Shown here one piece after another: positions 1 to 12,626 of a stretch of 64,000 nucleotides of DNA. The first letter of the stretch is position 1, and each line of letters begins with the position of its first letter. The translations under genes and the position numbers were made by a program. The notes beneath the pieces were generated by a model, which saw only the letters and a program-made list of their open reading frames with translations, did no database searches and was not told the origin of the DNA. This DNA is from Trichosphaerium sp. ATCC 40318. Lineage: Eukaryota; Protista; Tubulinea. The stretch is from positions 558,001-622,000 of the forward strand of contig JALMLS010000255.1 in NCBI GenBank assembly GCA_038496445.1, read 5' to 3'.

Positions 1-2129
1 CTTGAACAGTCGGCGTACAGAAGACACACCTGTTTCTATTTTCATTTCTATCTTCTGTCTGGCGTCTTCTTCAGTCCTTGAAGCCATAAGCGCCATATCA
101 CTAGCTAACCATCGCCTTATTTCCCCTATCCGCTTTGAAGTAAAGTCCTACTTTTATCAGAAAAGACATTGTGTTTTTTTGTTAATTACCTTGAACAAAA
201 GCTCCGCAAATCGTATTATAGTACTGCTATGTCGCCGTAATATTATGAAAGCTGAACCACATAACTCCTTAAACCTCTCCCAATTAGCAGAACCAAGACC
301 TGTAACCATATCTAAAAAAATAACTGTAAACAAACTTCAAGACCACCATCGTTGGTTTTTTTACAGACAAAACGAAAACTGACTTACCTGGATGTATAGC
401 AAATCTAGGCGCATCATAACCACGTGTGGTTCTATTAAAATTATGCCCAAAATCAATATGAAATAGAGTTGATGTGTCCTTAAAGAATAAAGGTTAAAAC
501 AAGGTCAGGTTTTGTGAGTACATACTTTTTTGATTAATATATTATCTTGATGTCTATCTCGTATTCCTAATACATAAGCAGATACATACGAACCCGCAGA
601 AGACGCCAAAAAATTATCAATGTCTGCAGGCTTTAATGTTTTTAATGTCGACCAATCAAACTTTGCAATTGATACACTATTTCTTACAAACTCTACAAAC
701 CCAGCAGAAGCGCTATAAAAAAAAAACAAGTCAAACAAAAAAAAAAAAAAGCAAATTTCTTCAGCGGAGAAAATAATTACATCACGTTATAGTCACGTGA
801 CTAGCACATGGATGAAAAAACTGACGAAATATTTTAATTTTTAGAATCGTTATTGTACCTCGTAGGTATAACCTTATACTGTCTTATGTAAGGTTTTAAC
901 TTCAAGCTAGAATTAGCCCATAGTTGATTCACAATATAATTAAGAACTTGAATAAGTAAGTCTTCTCTCAAATCCGCTCCAGTCTTATAAATAGCGCGTG
1001 TCACGTGATTTGTTTGATATCTTAATACAACAGTTAATTAACATCAAAAAACAAAGCAAGCAAAGGAAAAACAATACAAGTCTTTCAAAAAAAAAAAAAG
1101 TGTACCTCATTTTAAGAAGTGCAGGCTTGCTCGCACTCGTAAAAATTCTATCAACATATATCTCATCTACTTTCCTTGCTGAGAAGCAGTCTACAAAAGG
1201 GACCTTAATCTGTAGTGTTTCACCTTCTACTAGAGAAGAAAGGTAGCAATCTGTGACCTTTTTAACATTTTCAAGGCCGTCTGAAACAAGCCATGTTAAA
1301 TTTTCATCAACAAACCCATAAGAAGCTTGTTTTAACCTGTAAAAATAACCACCAATAAGTACGCTGCACGAACTATCTGTAGAGTGGTTTTAAAATCATA
1401 CCAAAACGCTAGAGATCCCAATATGGGTGCTTTGTTTACACGAATTGATATTGCCAAGAGTGCGTCTGTACGTGCTTCATCATGGACCAATTGTGACTCC
1501 AAGATCTTGGCAATAAGTGGCATATACCAGTACACTAGTATATACAGTTATGATCTGTTTTGTACGATTTACAGGCTTTTTTTTCAAATTTTTAAAAACT
1601 GAGTAGATCGAGTCGCTTACGTTGTAGATCGGTCATTTTGGCAATGTCTCGAGGATCTAGAGCGTCAATAGCGTTAGCGTACCAAATACGTCACGAAAAG
1701 CAAGCGTTTTTTTTGATTCCGGTTCAAGTTTGATTGTTCAATTAAGCGCCGTACGCACCGAGTACATCGTTATTGAGTTTTGAAAGGAATAGCAAGTCGT
1801 TTAATTTTTTTTTTTTCTTCTTTTCGCGGGGTACTGTCGCTTCGTAGCCACAAACGAGAACTCCTTTTGTTAATTGTGCTAATGCCTATAAAAATTGGAT
1901 TAAATTAGGCTAAACAATATTCCATGCGTAATAAAGGCGTTGGGCCCAATAAGCGCGGAATACCGGGTTAACTTACACGTTTAGCATTTTGTTGAAGACT
2001 TGGATTATCTGACGCTGTTAGCCCGATGAGCGTCTCTATTGAGATGGGAATATTAGGGTTATGGTTATCTTGCTGTGCTTCTGTTGTTGAGGAGTCAACT
2101 AACGCTTCAGCTTCGTCGCTTGCGTCCAT
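1..2129 (-). CDS. Phosphatidylinositol 3-/4-kinase family protein (multi-exon; runs off the left edge)
   Basis: Minus-strand exons encode SAGSYVSAYVLGIRDRHQDNILIK and LFHIDFGH (PI3K catalytic and DFG motifs) and YMPLIAKILE (PIK helical-like). ATG at 2129 (MDASDEAE). Confidence 0.85.
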
Positions 2130-2476
2130 GATGTTACTCTGAATACAACAAAACGACCCACAAGCTTCTGTGAAGGGAACGCTAGTATAACGTTATAATT
2201 CGATCGAGTGCTCCTGTAAGTCGCAAATAACAGAATATAATCTATTACAGTGTTTCTGTAGCGCTTGATTGCTTCAAACCGATTTTAATCTAATTTCCTG
2301 TCAACACTTTTCGCGAAATCGTTTAATTTCCAAAAACGCGACACACAGCGGAACTGGTTGCTTGTTCCTGAACTTTGACGAAACCAGTACCCTCCATTCA
2401 TACGTCAGTATTTGGTAAAAGGGCTAGCGTTTAGTTTACTCATTGTTTAAGCTTAGAAGTTGAGAAATCGCGTGGT

Positions 2477-4986
2477 ATGGCTAAAAGAGACTCAAGCGAC
2501 TTTATAGAGCGAAGATATTCGCTTGCTTATCCGGATGAATCTACAGCGTTCTTAGGGACTGTCCAATCGCCCGGAAACGATGAAAAAGATGATGAAGACG
2601 CTACAGTAGGGTGGATAGGCTCGCTGGTGTATATTGTAAATCAGATTGTCGGTATAGGCTTGTTATCGATGCCAAAAGTAAACCAACAGTGTAAGAAGCG
2701 TTTTCGAGCCAATAACTATTTCATTTTGTGATTTACGCGTTCTAGCCGGATGGATCGTTGCGAATCTCTCTAATTTGTTTTTCGGGACTGCGGCAACAAT
2801 TGCCTCACTATTTTTATGCGAAGCAATGGCTCTAGTGCCAGGTAATGCTAAATATAAAAAAAAGTATGTTACTGAAAATAACAAAATTTCAAAAAAAAAA
2901 ATCTAATTGTCTTCTTTTTAGGATGGAGATGATAGATCTTGTTCTTCATTATTACCCATCTAAGGTTAGTAAACTATTTATTCATAAAATGAATTATTAC
3001 TAACATACTTACAGTGGACATACTATGTCTTTCAATTTTTCATAAACTTGACAATATTTATTATGAACATTGCAACAATTAACGTGACAGCTCAAGTGAG
3101 TCTCCTTTTTTTAATTTCTTTTTATTGTTTCTTTTTGGAGCAATTGTTTAGTCACGTGATTTTTGTCAGAGAACCGTTTTTTACTAACATCGGAAACGGG
3201 CATTAGATAGCTTCTTTGGGTTTTGTTTTCATAAAACTTTCATGTTGGAGTTATTTCCTCATGCTGGTTTTAAAACAATACTTTATGATGACATTAATAC
3301 TACTATATATGGTGGTGATGATATCAAGATAGTAATAACGCTCGGGTATCTTGTACTTATAGTAAGTTACTCGAATTTAAAAAAGTAGAACAATTCCTGT
3401 CACTTCTTTTTTTTATTGGTTCCTCTTTTTGACTCTTTTTTAGTGTCTTGGTATCCCAGCTACATTAATGGGTGTTAAGAAGAACGTAATTGTTCAATAT
3501 TTTTCTGTTGGTTTATTAGTCATCTTTACAGGAGTGTTTATTTGGACGTTTGATAGCATTGGATTAGGCAAGATTTTTACTTTTAAAAAAAAACCAAAAG
3601 TTTGTCAGTATCCCGCCTCTTTAGATTAACATTGTACTCAGAAACTAAGAACATAGAGCCACTAGGTTCATCTATTGCTCAGTATTCAAGTGCGTATGTA
3701 TTTGCATGGGCGTTTAGCGTTGTGGTATGATTTTGAAGCGTTTAAGAAGATTATGTATTTTTATTTTATCTAACTTTAAGTAACAAAATTAGATTCCGTC
3801 TTGGGTAAACAAGAAGAAAAAGAATGTCAGCGTACCTGTAGTTGTAATATCTGGTACTATGTTTGCTTACTTTGTGTACGTGTTTTGATACAACTAGGTT
3901 TTTTAATTATCTTTGTACTCTGTGTTGCTCAAAATCTCATTTTTATTTCAGCTACACGATATTTGGTATTCTAGGAGCAATGGCGTATTATAAACTTGAA
4001 GGAGATAATGTCTTTTTAAAAATGACAGACGGAACATCTCCAAAAGTGACAAGAATATTCGTTTACATCTTCGCATTGACAACAGTTGCTACAAGTACGT
4101 TACGCTTCATGTTATTTTCAAGTCAAACTTTCGTAACATTGCCTATTAGGTATACCAATATACAGTATTGCTATTGCAGACAATTTAAGCCAACCCACAC
4201 GTGACGATAGAGGCATCTCTAGAATGCATGCCTTTTTCTGGGGTGTACGTATTAAACTATCTATTTTACATCTGCACAACATTGTATGGTAGCTGTAATA
4301 CCCATACATTGATTAAATACCTTAAATGAGGAGTGCGATATATCCATGTTATTGCGAACGGGACAACTCTTTCCTAGTCCAATTTTTCTTTCTTTTTCAG
4401 TATTGAACTGACTTCTTTTTTCTTTGAAGGGTATTTTACCGTGGATGCTTGGGTTTATATTTTCCCAAAAAGCTCTTTTTGGATCACTCTTAGTATGGTC
4501 TTCTTTGATCCTACTTAGTAGCATCAACTTTTTACTTCCATTTGTTCTTTACTACAAAGCACGTTCAGCACAAATATTAAGGGTAAGATTTTTATTTATT
4601 TTTCAATATTACTTGACACCTACTGCAAAACCAAACTGCTACATGATTTGTTATGTTTCACTACCTTTTTGAAAGTTATTGATGTTCGCTTTCCAGCACT
4701 ACACTTTCGTGCAGAGTACCACGGCAATTTTCATTGATAGTTGTTTTTGATACTACTTTTTTTTTTGTTCAAAAATACAAAGTTTCTTTCATGTTGCTAA
4801 CGTATTGCTTTCTAGGATGGAGAGTTTAGAGTGCTCGGAGAATTTACCGTATTTCCAAAGTTTTTACGCGTTGCTTGGAAGCCAATAATTATACTTATAA
4901 TAATTAACTTGGTGGCTATTATTTGTAGTCAAATCTTTGTAGATTTGTATTATTTGATTTTTCAGCACAAAAACGTGCTCTCATAG
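2477..4986 (+). CDS. Amino acid transporter (Aa_trans/AAAP family), multi-exon
   Basis: N-terminal SLVYIVNQIVGIGLLSMPK motif and many hydrophobic exons. Stop TAG at about 4984-4986. Confidence 0.8.
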
Positions 4987-5174
4987 AGATGCACCATCAT
5001 AAATAAAAAACCTACATTTGTACCTCTGTAATGAAAGACTGAGTGATAATCATTAAGTGCAAAAAGTCTTTTTGAGGAAGGAGACAAAGATCTAAAAAAA
5101 GCAATCAGCTTTGACTTTCTTTTACTGTTTTTTCTTTTAACAATAATTTAAAATACACAAAAGAGGTAGCCGTT

Positions 5175-6881
5175 ATGGAGAAGGACTCGATAGTGCCTAT
5201 AGGCACTGATGAAACAATGGCTTGGCACATTGCAAACAATGAGGTGTGAATTGCGCTAGTATTAGATTGTAGCTCACCAACGCATCCCAGGTCAGCAATA
5301 TACGCGGAATGTCACCTCAATTACTCCAATCGTCACCAAACTTCGATGTGGAAGTAGACGACACTATGTGGGACTTTAACCCAGAGGAAACACTGTACCA
5401 GGAGGTATTTGAGCGAAACAATAAATTTTAACGTTAAATGACCCTAATACATCACTCAGGACCCTACTAAGAAGATAGTAGTGCGTGAGAAGGTAATCAA
5501 AAAACAACCAGAAGAGAAACAACAAAATAATCTTGAAAGCGAAATCTCAGTTGACGTATGCTATCATGATCCACCCATAGACGTATCTGATGACATGGGA
5601 CTGTTCACAATGTTGCCTAACGAGGTGTTCGAAATGATTTACATACGCTTATCTGTAGGCGCAATAATACACTTGACACGCGTCAGTAGGTACGTATGAG
5701 CGACTAGACAGCAATATGTGCTTTTAATAACGCAAAGTTACTAATATATCCCAAAAGGGCGTTTAATAGAATAGCCGTTCGTGAGGACTTGTGGGAGAAG
5801 TTTTATATTGATCTGATAACGAATAATAAAGTTGCTTGGAGTTACTTGTGTCATACAACGAAAAAAGGCAAGATACTTAAAGCTGAGAGGTGGATAGCGA
5901 GTTATGTTTATGGTACACTTCTTTCTTGATGCATGAACGGTTTTTTTTTTGGATATTTTCTACTTTTTTTTTTTCTTACTTTGTTTGCTTTGTAGTGCAG
6001 AAGGCCCTTGTACGACCTGTTATTAAAGTAAAAAAGGGGTTTTATTACTGGCAGTCAACATCTGGGACTCTATTAAATAGTACTAAGCGTTGTGCAGTTT
6101 CTTTTGATGGAAGACAAGTACGATGTTCTTTTAGTTTTTTTTTTTATTAACAAGTTATCAGATACGGCCTAAGTATGGTTGTGATATGTCTATATACTTG
6201 TGGAGTGATGCATCACAAACATTGAAGTATGTTATCTTTATTGAAGCTTTTATTTTTTAACTTTACAACCGATAGACGTGCCAATATTCCCAGAGTAGTA
6301 AAGTGGAATTCTCACATGAGCACAATTAACTGTTAAGTGATAGATACAAATAAGTCGTTTAAATGCTTACACTTCCTCTTTAGCAAATGGTAGACATACA
6401 AGGTATAGAATAGCTGCGTCGGATCCGCAACATGTTACTATCATCAATAGTGGATGGGTATGGTAGCATAATTTATCACATTTTTGTAATGAAACAAAAA
6501 ATTTGCCGTGACTAATTTATGTTTTTAGGTTAAAGGTTTTATGCCTTGGCCGTTGATTTTGTGGGTAATTTGTTTCGATTCGAATTGGTAGATGTTATGA
6601 GTTTAAAGAAAACCATATGTTCACTCGAGCTTCATTGGGTTGTTAAATACAAAGTGCTGGCATCAAATTCCATTTGAACCATAATTCTGAAAGCTTTAGT
6701 AGCGAATATTGGGTTTATTTTTACCTGTAGACGGTAGTACTGTGCGGCCATGGATACATGATTCTTCGATTTTCAATGCAGGACTGAAAACGTTAATCTG
6801 TTTAAATATTTCTGGAGGAAGAGTACAGCAAGGAGGTAGTCTTATGAGGGTCAATACTACAAAATGAAAGTTCCTAACTAA
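5175..6881 (+). CDS. F-box protein, multi-exon
   Basis: LFTMLPNEVFEMIYIRLSVGAIIHLTRVS|RAFNRIAVREDLWEKFY is a typical F-box. The C-terminal domain is not recognised. Confidence 0.7.
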
Positions 6882-7803
6882 ATTTTTCCAAAGCGGACTG
6901 TGGGACTCTGAATGGAGTCAATCTACATTTCCAATACCCACATCAAGCTTGAGTGGCCTAACACGCCTAGTGCGGAATAGCATTAGGTGTAATAAACCAG
7001 CGCAAGACAAAAATACACGTGCGATCGCCACTTTATTGTTACCGAACCAAACAACCGCCTCAACAAAAGTACGTCATACATCAGTTAAAGTATTGAGAGT
7101 GGTTCCCTACTTTGAAACAAACCGTTCAGCGTTAGTAATGTCCACCAAAGCAAAAGGTACGTCCTGCAATGTTTGTTCGTGTGCTCAGAAACAACAAAAA
7201 AAAACTAAGAAACTTCACGTATATTTATCAACTTTGCATAATGTACTCGTTGGAGCAATAAGCGAGCTTTCTATTGTTATTCTTGCAGTTCCACGCGCTC
7301 AAAAAACTCGGGTGAAGTAGCTTTTTTCCTACAATGTTGGATCAAGTGAGATTGAACAAGCTGCAAAGAAGACATTTCTGGTTGTCGCCGAAACTTAATT
7401 TTTACTGAGAAGTGTCATAGTTGTGAGCAACCCACAAACTTGCATTTATACATCAAATTAAGCGTAAAGCATACACTATCTTTTTCTGTGGTTCAGACTT
7501 TGATGCCAAAAAAAAAGTCACCAAGTCTACCCAAATACTTCAACATTGTTTCAAAACACTCTAGCTTTATCGCTTTCTCAATATTATTGATTCTCTTGTC
7601 GATATCAATTTCAGTAGGTTCTGTAATATTTCCGGACTCACTTTTCTATTATTAAACAACTTGTGCTTGCTTATGAATTGTAAAGAACAATAATGATGTG
7701 ACTTTCTATTCTAGACTAAAAGCTGAAAAACTGTCAGTTTTCTGTTGTGAATTGTTGTTAGTTTTCGGCCCTGGTTCAAACAGAAAATAGCGAACATCTC
7801 CAA

Positions 7804-10632
7804 ATGGCCACACCACTGTCTCCTTTCTCTCCTCTTTCGCCAATGGCACCTTTAGGGCCTATGGCTCCGGTAGCTCCTTTCGTTCCTATGGTGCCAACCA
7901 TGCCTACATCCCCTGGAAGAATTACCAGCTATACAGTTGTGGTAGTGCTTGGCGCGCTAGCAGCTCTATTTACGGTACTACTCAGTCATTTTTCTCAAAA
8001 TCTGTCTACGCACAAAAAAAGCAAGCAATAAAAAATACTAACTTACGTCTTTTTGTTTAGGCTTACGGTATTGGTGCTAATGACGTACGTTTTTTTGCTA
8101 TGTGACCATCATTTTTTTTTGATTGTTTGAAAAACTCGTTTCACAAAAAAAGTACCCAAGTCTTATATACCCTCTAGGTTGCAAATGCTGTACGTGACTG
8201 ACGCTTATGCGTGAATTACACTTGTACGAAACTTATAGGCCTAGTTTGCGACTTCTGTCGGCGCAAAAGTTCTTACGATGCGTCAAGCTATTGCAATAGC
8301 CTCTGTCTTTGAATTGGCTGGCGCTGTATTGCTTGGTTCTCATGTAACAGGTATTTCAAGGTTTTCTTTTTTATTGTCTTCACCTTTGAACGCACTCACG
8401 TGAGGTTTCATTGTAGATACTATCCGTAAAGGAATTGTCAATATCGATGTCTATCAAAACGACCCCGAAGCTCTCATGCTTGGTATGCTTTGCGCTTTGA
8501 TTGCTGCTGGTACTTGGCTTATTATTGCAACGTTCCTCAAGGTACTTCAACTTCGCTACAAAGTGCTTTTCGAAACGTTAAAAAAAATCAGTTTTCGGGT
8601 TTTTCCCGCGTAGATTTTCTTCTCGTTTTTTTTTCGTTTTGCGTTCTCGTGTTTACGATTTTTTTTTCGAAACTAGGCTCCTGTATCGACAACACACAGT
8701 ATTGTTGGAGCTATTGTTGGCTTTTCCCTCGTATACTCTCCGTCTAAAGGAGTCGGTTGGAAGGACATTGGATTCGTTGCACTATCTTGGTTGACAAGTC
8801 CGGTATGCTTACAAAACCACTGTTTTTGAAGTTCTTACTTTATTTAGATAATTTCAGGAATACTGGCGGTTCTTTTATTTTGGACTATTCGCTATTTTAT
8901 TCTCCGTCATAAATATCCGGTCAAACGTGGTCTTTTCTTCTTACCTTTCTTGTATGGACTTATGATGCTTATACTTTGTTTCTTTATCATATACAAAGGT
9001 ACGTATAGATTGATTGCGTTATCAAGATGAGTGAAAAAAAACAAGCTTTTTTTCTGACTTTTTTTGTTAGGTAGTCCGGCTTTGAAGCTCAACAAGTTGT
9101 TTTCTTGGTGGCAAGCTGTTCTTATATCCATCGGTATTGGTATACTCACAGTAGTTATCATGCGCTTCTTGATATTGCCATACATTGAGAAGTGGATTAA
9201 AAAAGTAGAAAAAGGTACGATCGTTCTTTTTTTTCAATTTTTTTTCCCGGTATAGACTGTTCACTAACGTGTTATTTATAGAAAAGGAAGACGGATCATA
9301 CTACACAAAAGACAGAACTTTCTGGGATAAAGTATGGGGTAAATACCCACCAACGCTCGAGGATAAAAAGAAGGACGAAGAAGCAAAGAAGAAACTTGAA
9401 GAGAGCCAGAAAAAAAAGAACAAGACAAACAAAGACGATACTGTAGTAAACATGACTACAACGAAGAATAGTAGTGAATCTAAAGGAACAAGTACTGGCG
9501 CTAGTACAGATAATGCAGCTGATAATGACTCCGATATTGAGTCACAAATGGACGCTGGAGATGACGCCATTGTTGACGAGAGCTCCGAAGATGAAGATTC
9601 TGATGCTACAGAAGTAGATGAATCATCTGCAGATGAAGAAAGTGATCATGATGACAATGATGACGATGATGACAATGACGAGGCTGATGAAGAAAGCGAA
9701 AGCGATGATGATAGCAATGAACTTGAAACACAGTCAAACGATCAAATGAGTTCTACAAAGAAAGGAAAGAAAGGAAAGAAACAAAAAAAGAGAACAAAAG
9801 CACAGATTAGACGTGATAAAATCCATGAAGAGGCCGAGAAGTTTGATGAAGGTGCTGAACAGCTCTTCTCGTTTCTACAAATTTTCACTGCCACACTTGA
9901 TTCATTCGCACATGGAGCAAACGATGTACGTCCACCTCAAGCACTAAAGCCATATTTCACCATTTTTTTTTCTCACTTTTTTCTTTCTTTCAGGTTGCAA
10001 ACTCTATCGCACCTTTTGCTGCTATTTGGGCTATTTACACTTCTGGAGAAGTAACAGAGAAAGCAGATGTAGCTTGGTGGATACTTATTATGGGTGGTGT
10101 TGGTATTGTCATTGGTCTTGCAACACTTGGCTATAAAATTATTAAAGGTTCGTATATTCCTCTAGACGCTTAAAGCGTAGACTACCTTGCATTAAAAAAA
10201 AATCATAATTCGTATTCGAACCAACCATCTTTTGTGGAATGTTCATGTTATTAGTTCTTCCGCTTTTTTTACTTTCGTTTGACTTATTTGTTTCTTTAAG
10301 CCGTTGGTGATGAACTAGCTAAAGTCACTCCATCACGTGGTTTCACCATGGAAATTGGTCCTATTGTTACTGTTATTTTAGCTTCGCGCGTTGGTATGCC
10401 TGTATCTACAACACATTGTCAAGTACGCATTTGTCTATATTAAAAAGTAATTTTTTGTCTTACATTTTTTCTCCAGGTTGGCGCTGTTACAGCTGTTGGT
10501 TTGCTTGAAGGTGCAGGTGGAATAGATTGGCGTCTATTGGGTAAAATAGTTTTCTCATGGGTAGTAACATTGCCAGTTTCTGGCGGTATTTCTGCTGCTC
10601 TCTTTGCTATTATACGAGCAATCATAAAGTGA
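7804..10632 (+). CDS. Inorganic phosphate transporter (PiT/SLC20/PHO89 family) with a long acidic loop
   Basis: Two PiT signatures, AYGIGAND|VANA and DSFAHGAND|VANS, plus TPSRGF and PVSTTH motifs. Asp/Glu-rich insert at about 9480-9730. Confidence 0.93.
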
Positions 10633-11182
10633 TAATTGTAATTAAATAAATGTAGTTAAATATCTGTGTCGCATATTACAACCGTTGATAAAGTAGCTGC
10701 GCGTATAAAGAGACACGCTGTAATATTACGCTTACCTGAGAAACTTGAAAAATAGACTGAGCTACGGCTGTTTTGTTGCAACACTCGCTATTGAAATAGG
10801 TGTTCCTTTTTCACTCTGGTGTCCCTTGTTGCAACGCCAATTTATATTACGCAGTAGCAGCATTGAGTACTTACTGTAGGTGATGTAAGAATGACAATCA
10901 AGTGGAAATAAGGGTTCTATACCAAGCTCTACGGCTGACAAACCAACAGTCTCAGTATCTTCACGTGATTAAAAAGCTTACTCAACTTGTTGTAATTAAA
11001 AAAACTCCCATACTCTTATTTTTCTAAAGCGTTTGGTGTCACGTGCAAGTACTTTACTAAAAAAACCTGTTGTAGCAAAAATTGATATCGCTTTCGTTTT
11101 GTTTTGGGTTGTACTAGGTGATTCACAATACTTCAAGATCAAAAACTGCTTATCGCAAGTTTATTAAGCATCAAAAGTATAT

Positions 11183-12128
11183 ATGGAACTACCTCAAATC
11201 AAAGTAGTATGCGTAGGTGATGGAGCTGTTGGTACACGTTTTACCAAAAAATAATTGATTTTTTTATTATAATTACCGCCCTCGCTGTTCTCTTTTTAAT
11301 GCTTACCATGATCGATAGGTAAAACGTGTTTATTATTGGCTTGTAAAGGATCTGCTTTTAATGAGCAATATGTTCCTACAGGTAAGCATATTTGGCGTAT
11401 AGACGACGATATATAAGTTTGTTTAATAGCGAAATCTCACTTTTTCTTTAGTATTCGAAAATTATATTATTAAAGTAACTGTTGGACCTACTATCGTTGA
11501 ATTATCATTATGGGATACTGTACCTTACCTTCTACAACAAAAAAAATTTTCGTTTCAAAAAAATGCCACGTGCTTTTTTATTTGTGTTGGTAATTGTCTT
11601 ATTCGAATACGTTTAGGCAGGACAAGAGGAATACGATCGATTACGCCCTCTTCAATACCCAAATACAAATGTAGTTTTGATTTGTTTTGCTCTTGATTCA
11701 GCAGTTTCTTTTGAGCATATACGCTCTAAAGTACGAACGCACGTGCGTTAGTGTATCTATTTTGATTTTTTTTTTTACTTTAGTGGTACCCTGAGATTGC
11801 CCATTATTGCAAGGAAGTCCCTATTATACTTGTTGGCACAAAGAGTGACTTGGCTCAGCGCGCTGTTGCGCCCTCTGACGGTAAGAAGGGCTTTCAACTG
11901 TGATATTTCGAGAACTTTATTTTTGTTGTTTTTTTTTGCTAGTTTGCGCTAAAAGATGTTACAGCGGAGAGTCTTCGTGGAGAGATAGGCGCTGTGAGAT
12001 ATATAGAAACATCAGCAAAACTATTTGTACAGACAGAAGAGATAAAACAAGCTGCAGCGAAGGCAGTGTTAACACATTTAAACCAAGATGGTCCTAGAAG
12101 GAAGAAAAAAAGATGTGTTATACTCTAG
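11183..12128 (+). CDS. Rho/Rac-family small GTPase
   Basis: [54 protein letters not shown], polybasic tail and CAAX box (CVIL*). Confidence 0.95.
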
Positions 12129-12626
12129 ACAAAAAGAAAAAAAAAGAAATAGAATGCTCAGGATTCCCAAAGATTCTGCACAAGTAGCGATAATGAGGAA
12201 GCCCTTCTTTTTTTTTTTTTTTGTTCGAGCCCAAAGAAAGGTTGTATTTTTGACGTCCAAAAACAAAGAAGACGATATAGCTAATGTAATTAAAGAGACT
12301 GCATTTATATGCTCGATATGTGTGATATATTATTTATGTTTACTTACGTTTGTTTGAGATGAGGAAGGAAAACAAGTAATCAACTTTGGAAGTTACAATT
12401 TTTTTTTTGTCGGATTTTAGGTTTGATTGATTCCTTACCATTTAGATTCGTTATACTTTTCATGGTGGTATGTGAGTTATAGCGTAAGGGTGGATTTTTT
12501 TATTTTAATTAAGTGGTTTTACCCTTCAATGAACACATCAAGCACTAACTAATTTTATTTACTTTTCTTCTCCTTAAAAATGCACCAAATGGTGATGAAA
12601 TATTGATGATACGGGTGTTACGGTAA

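Noticed and set aside
6949-7655. Short ORFs upstream of PiT
   Set aside because: No motifs or clear spliced frame. Probably promoter or 5' UTR.
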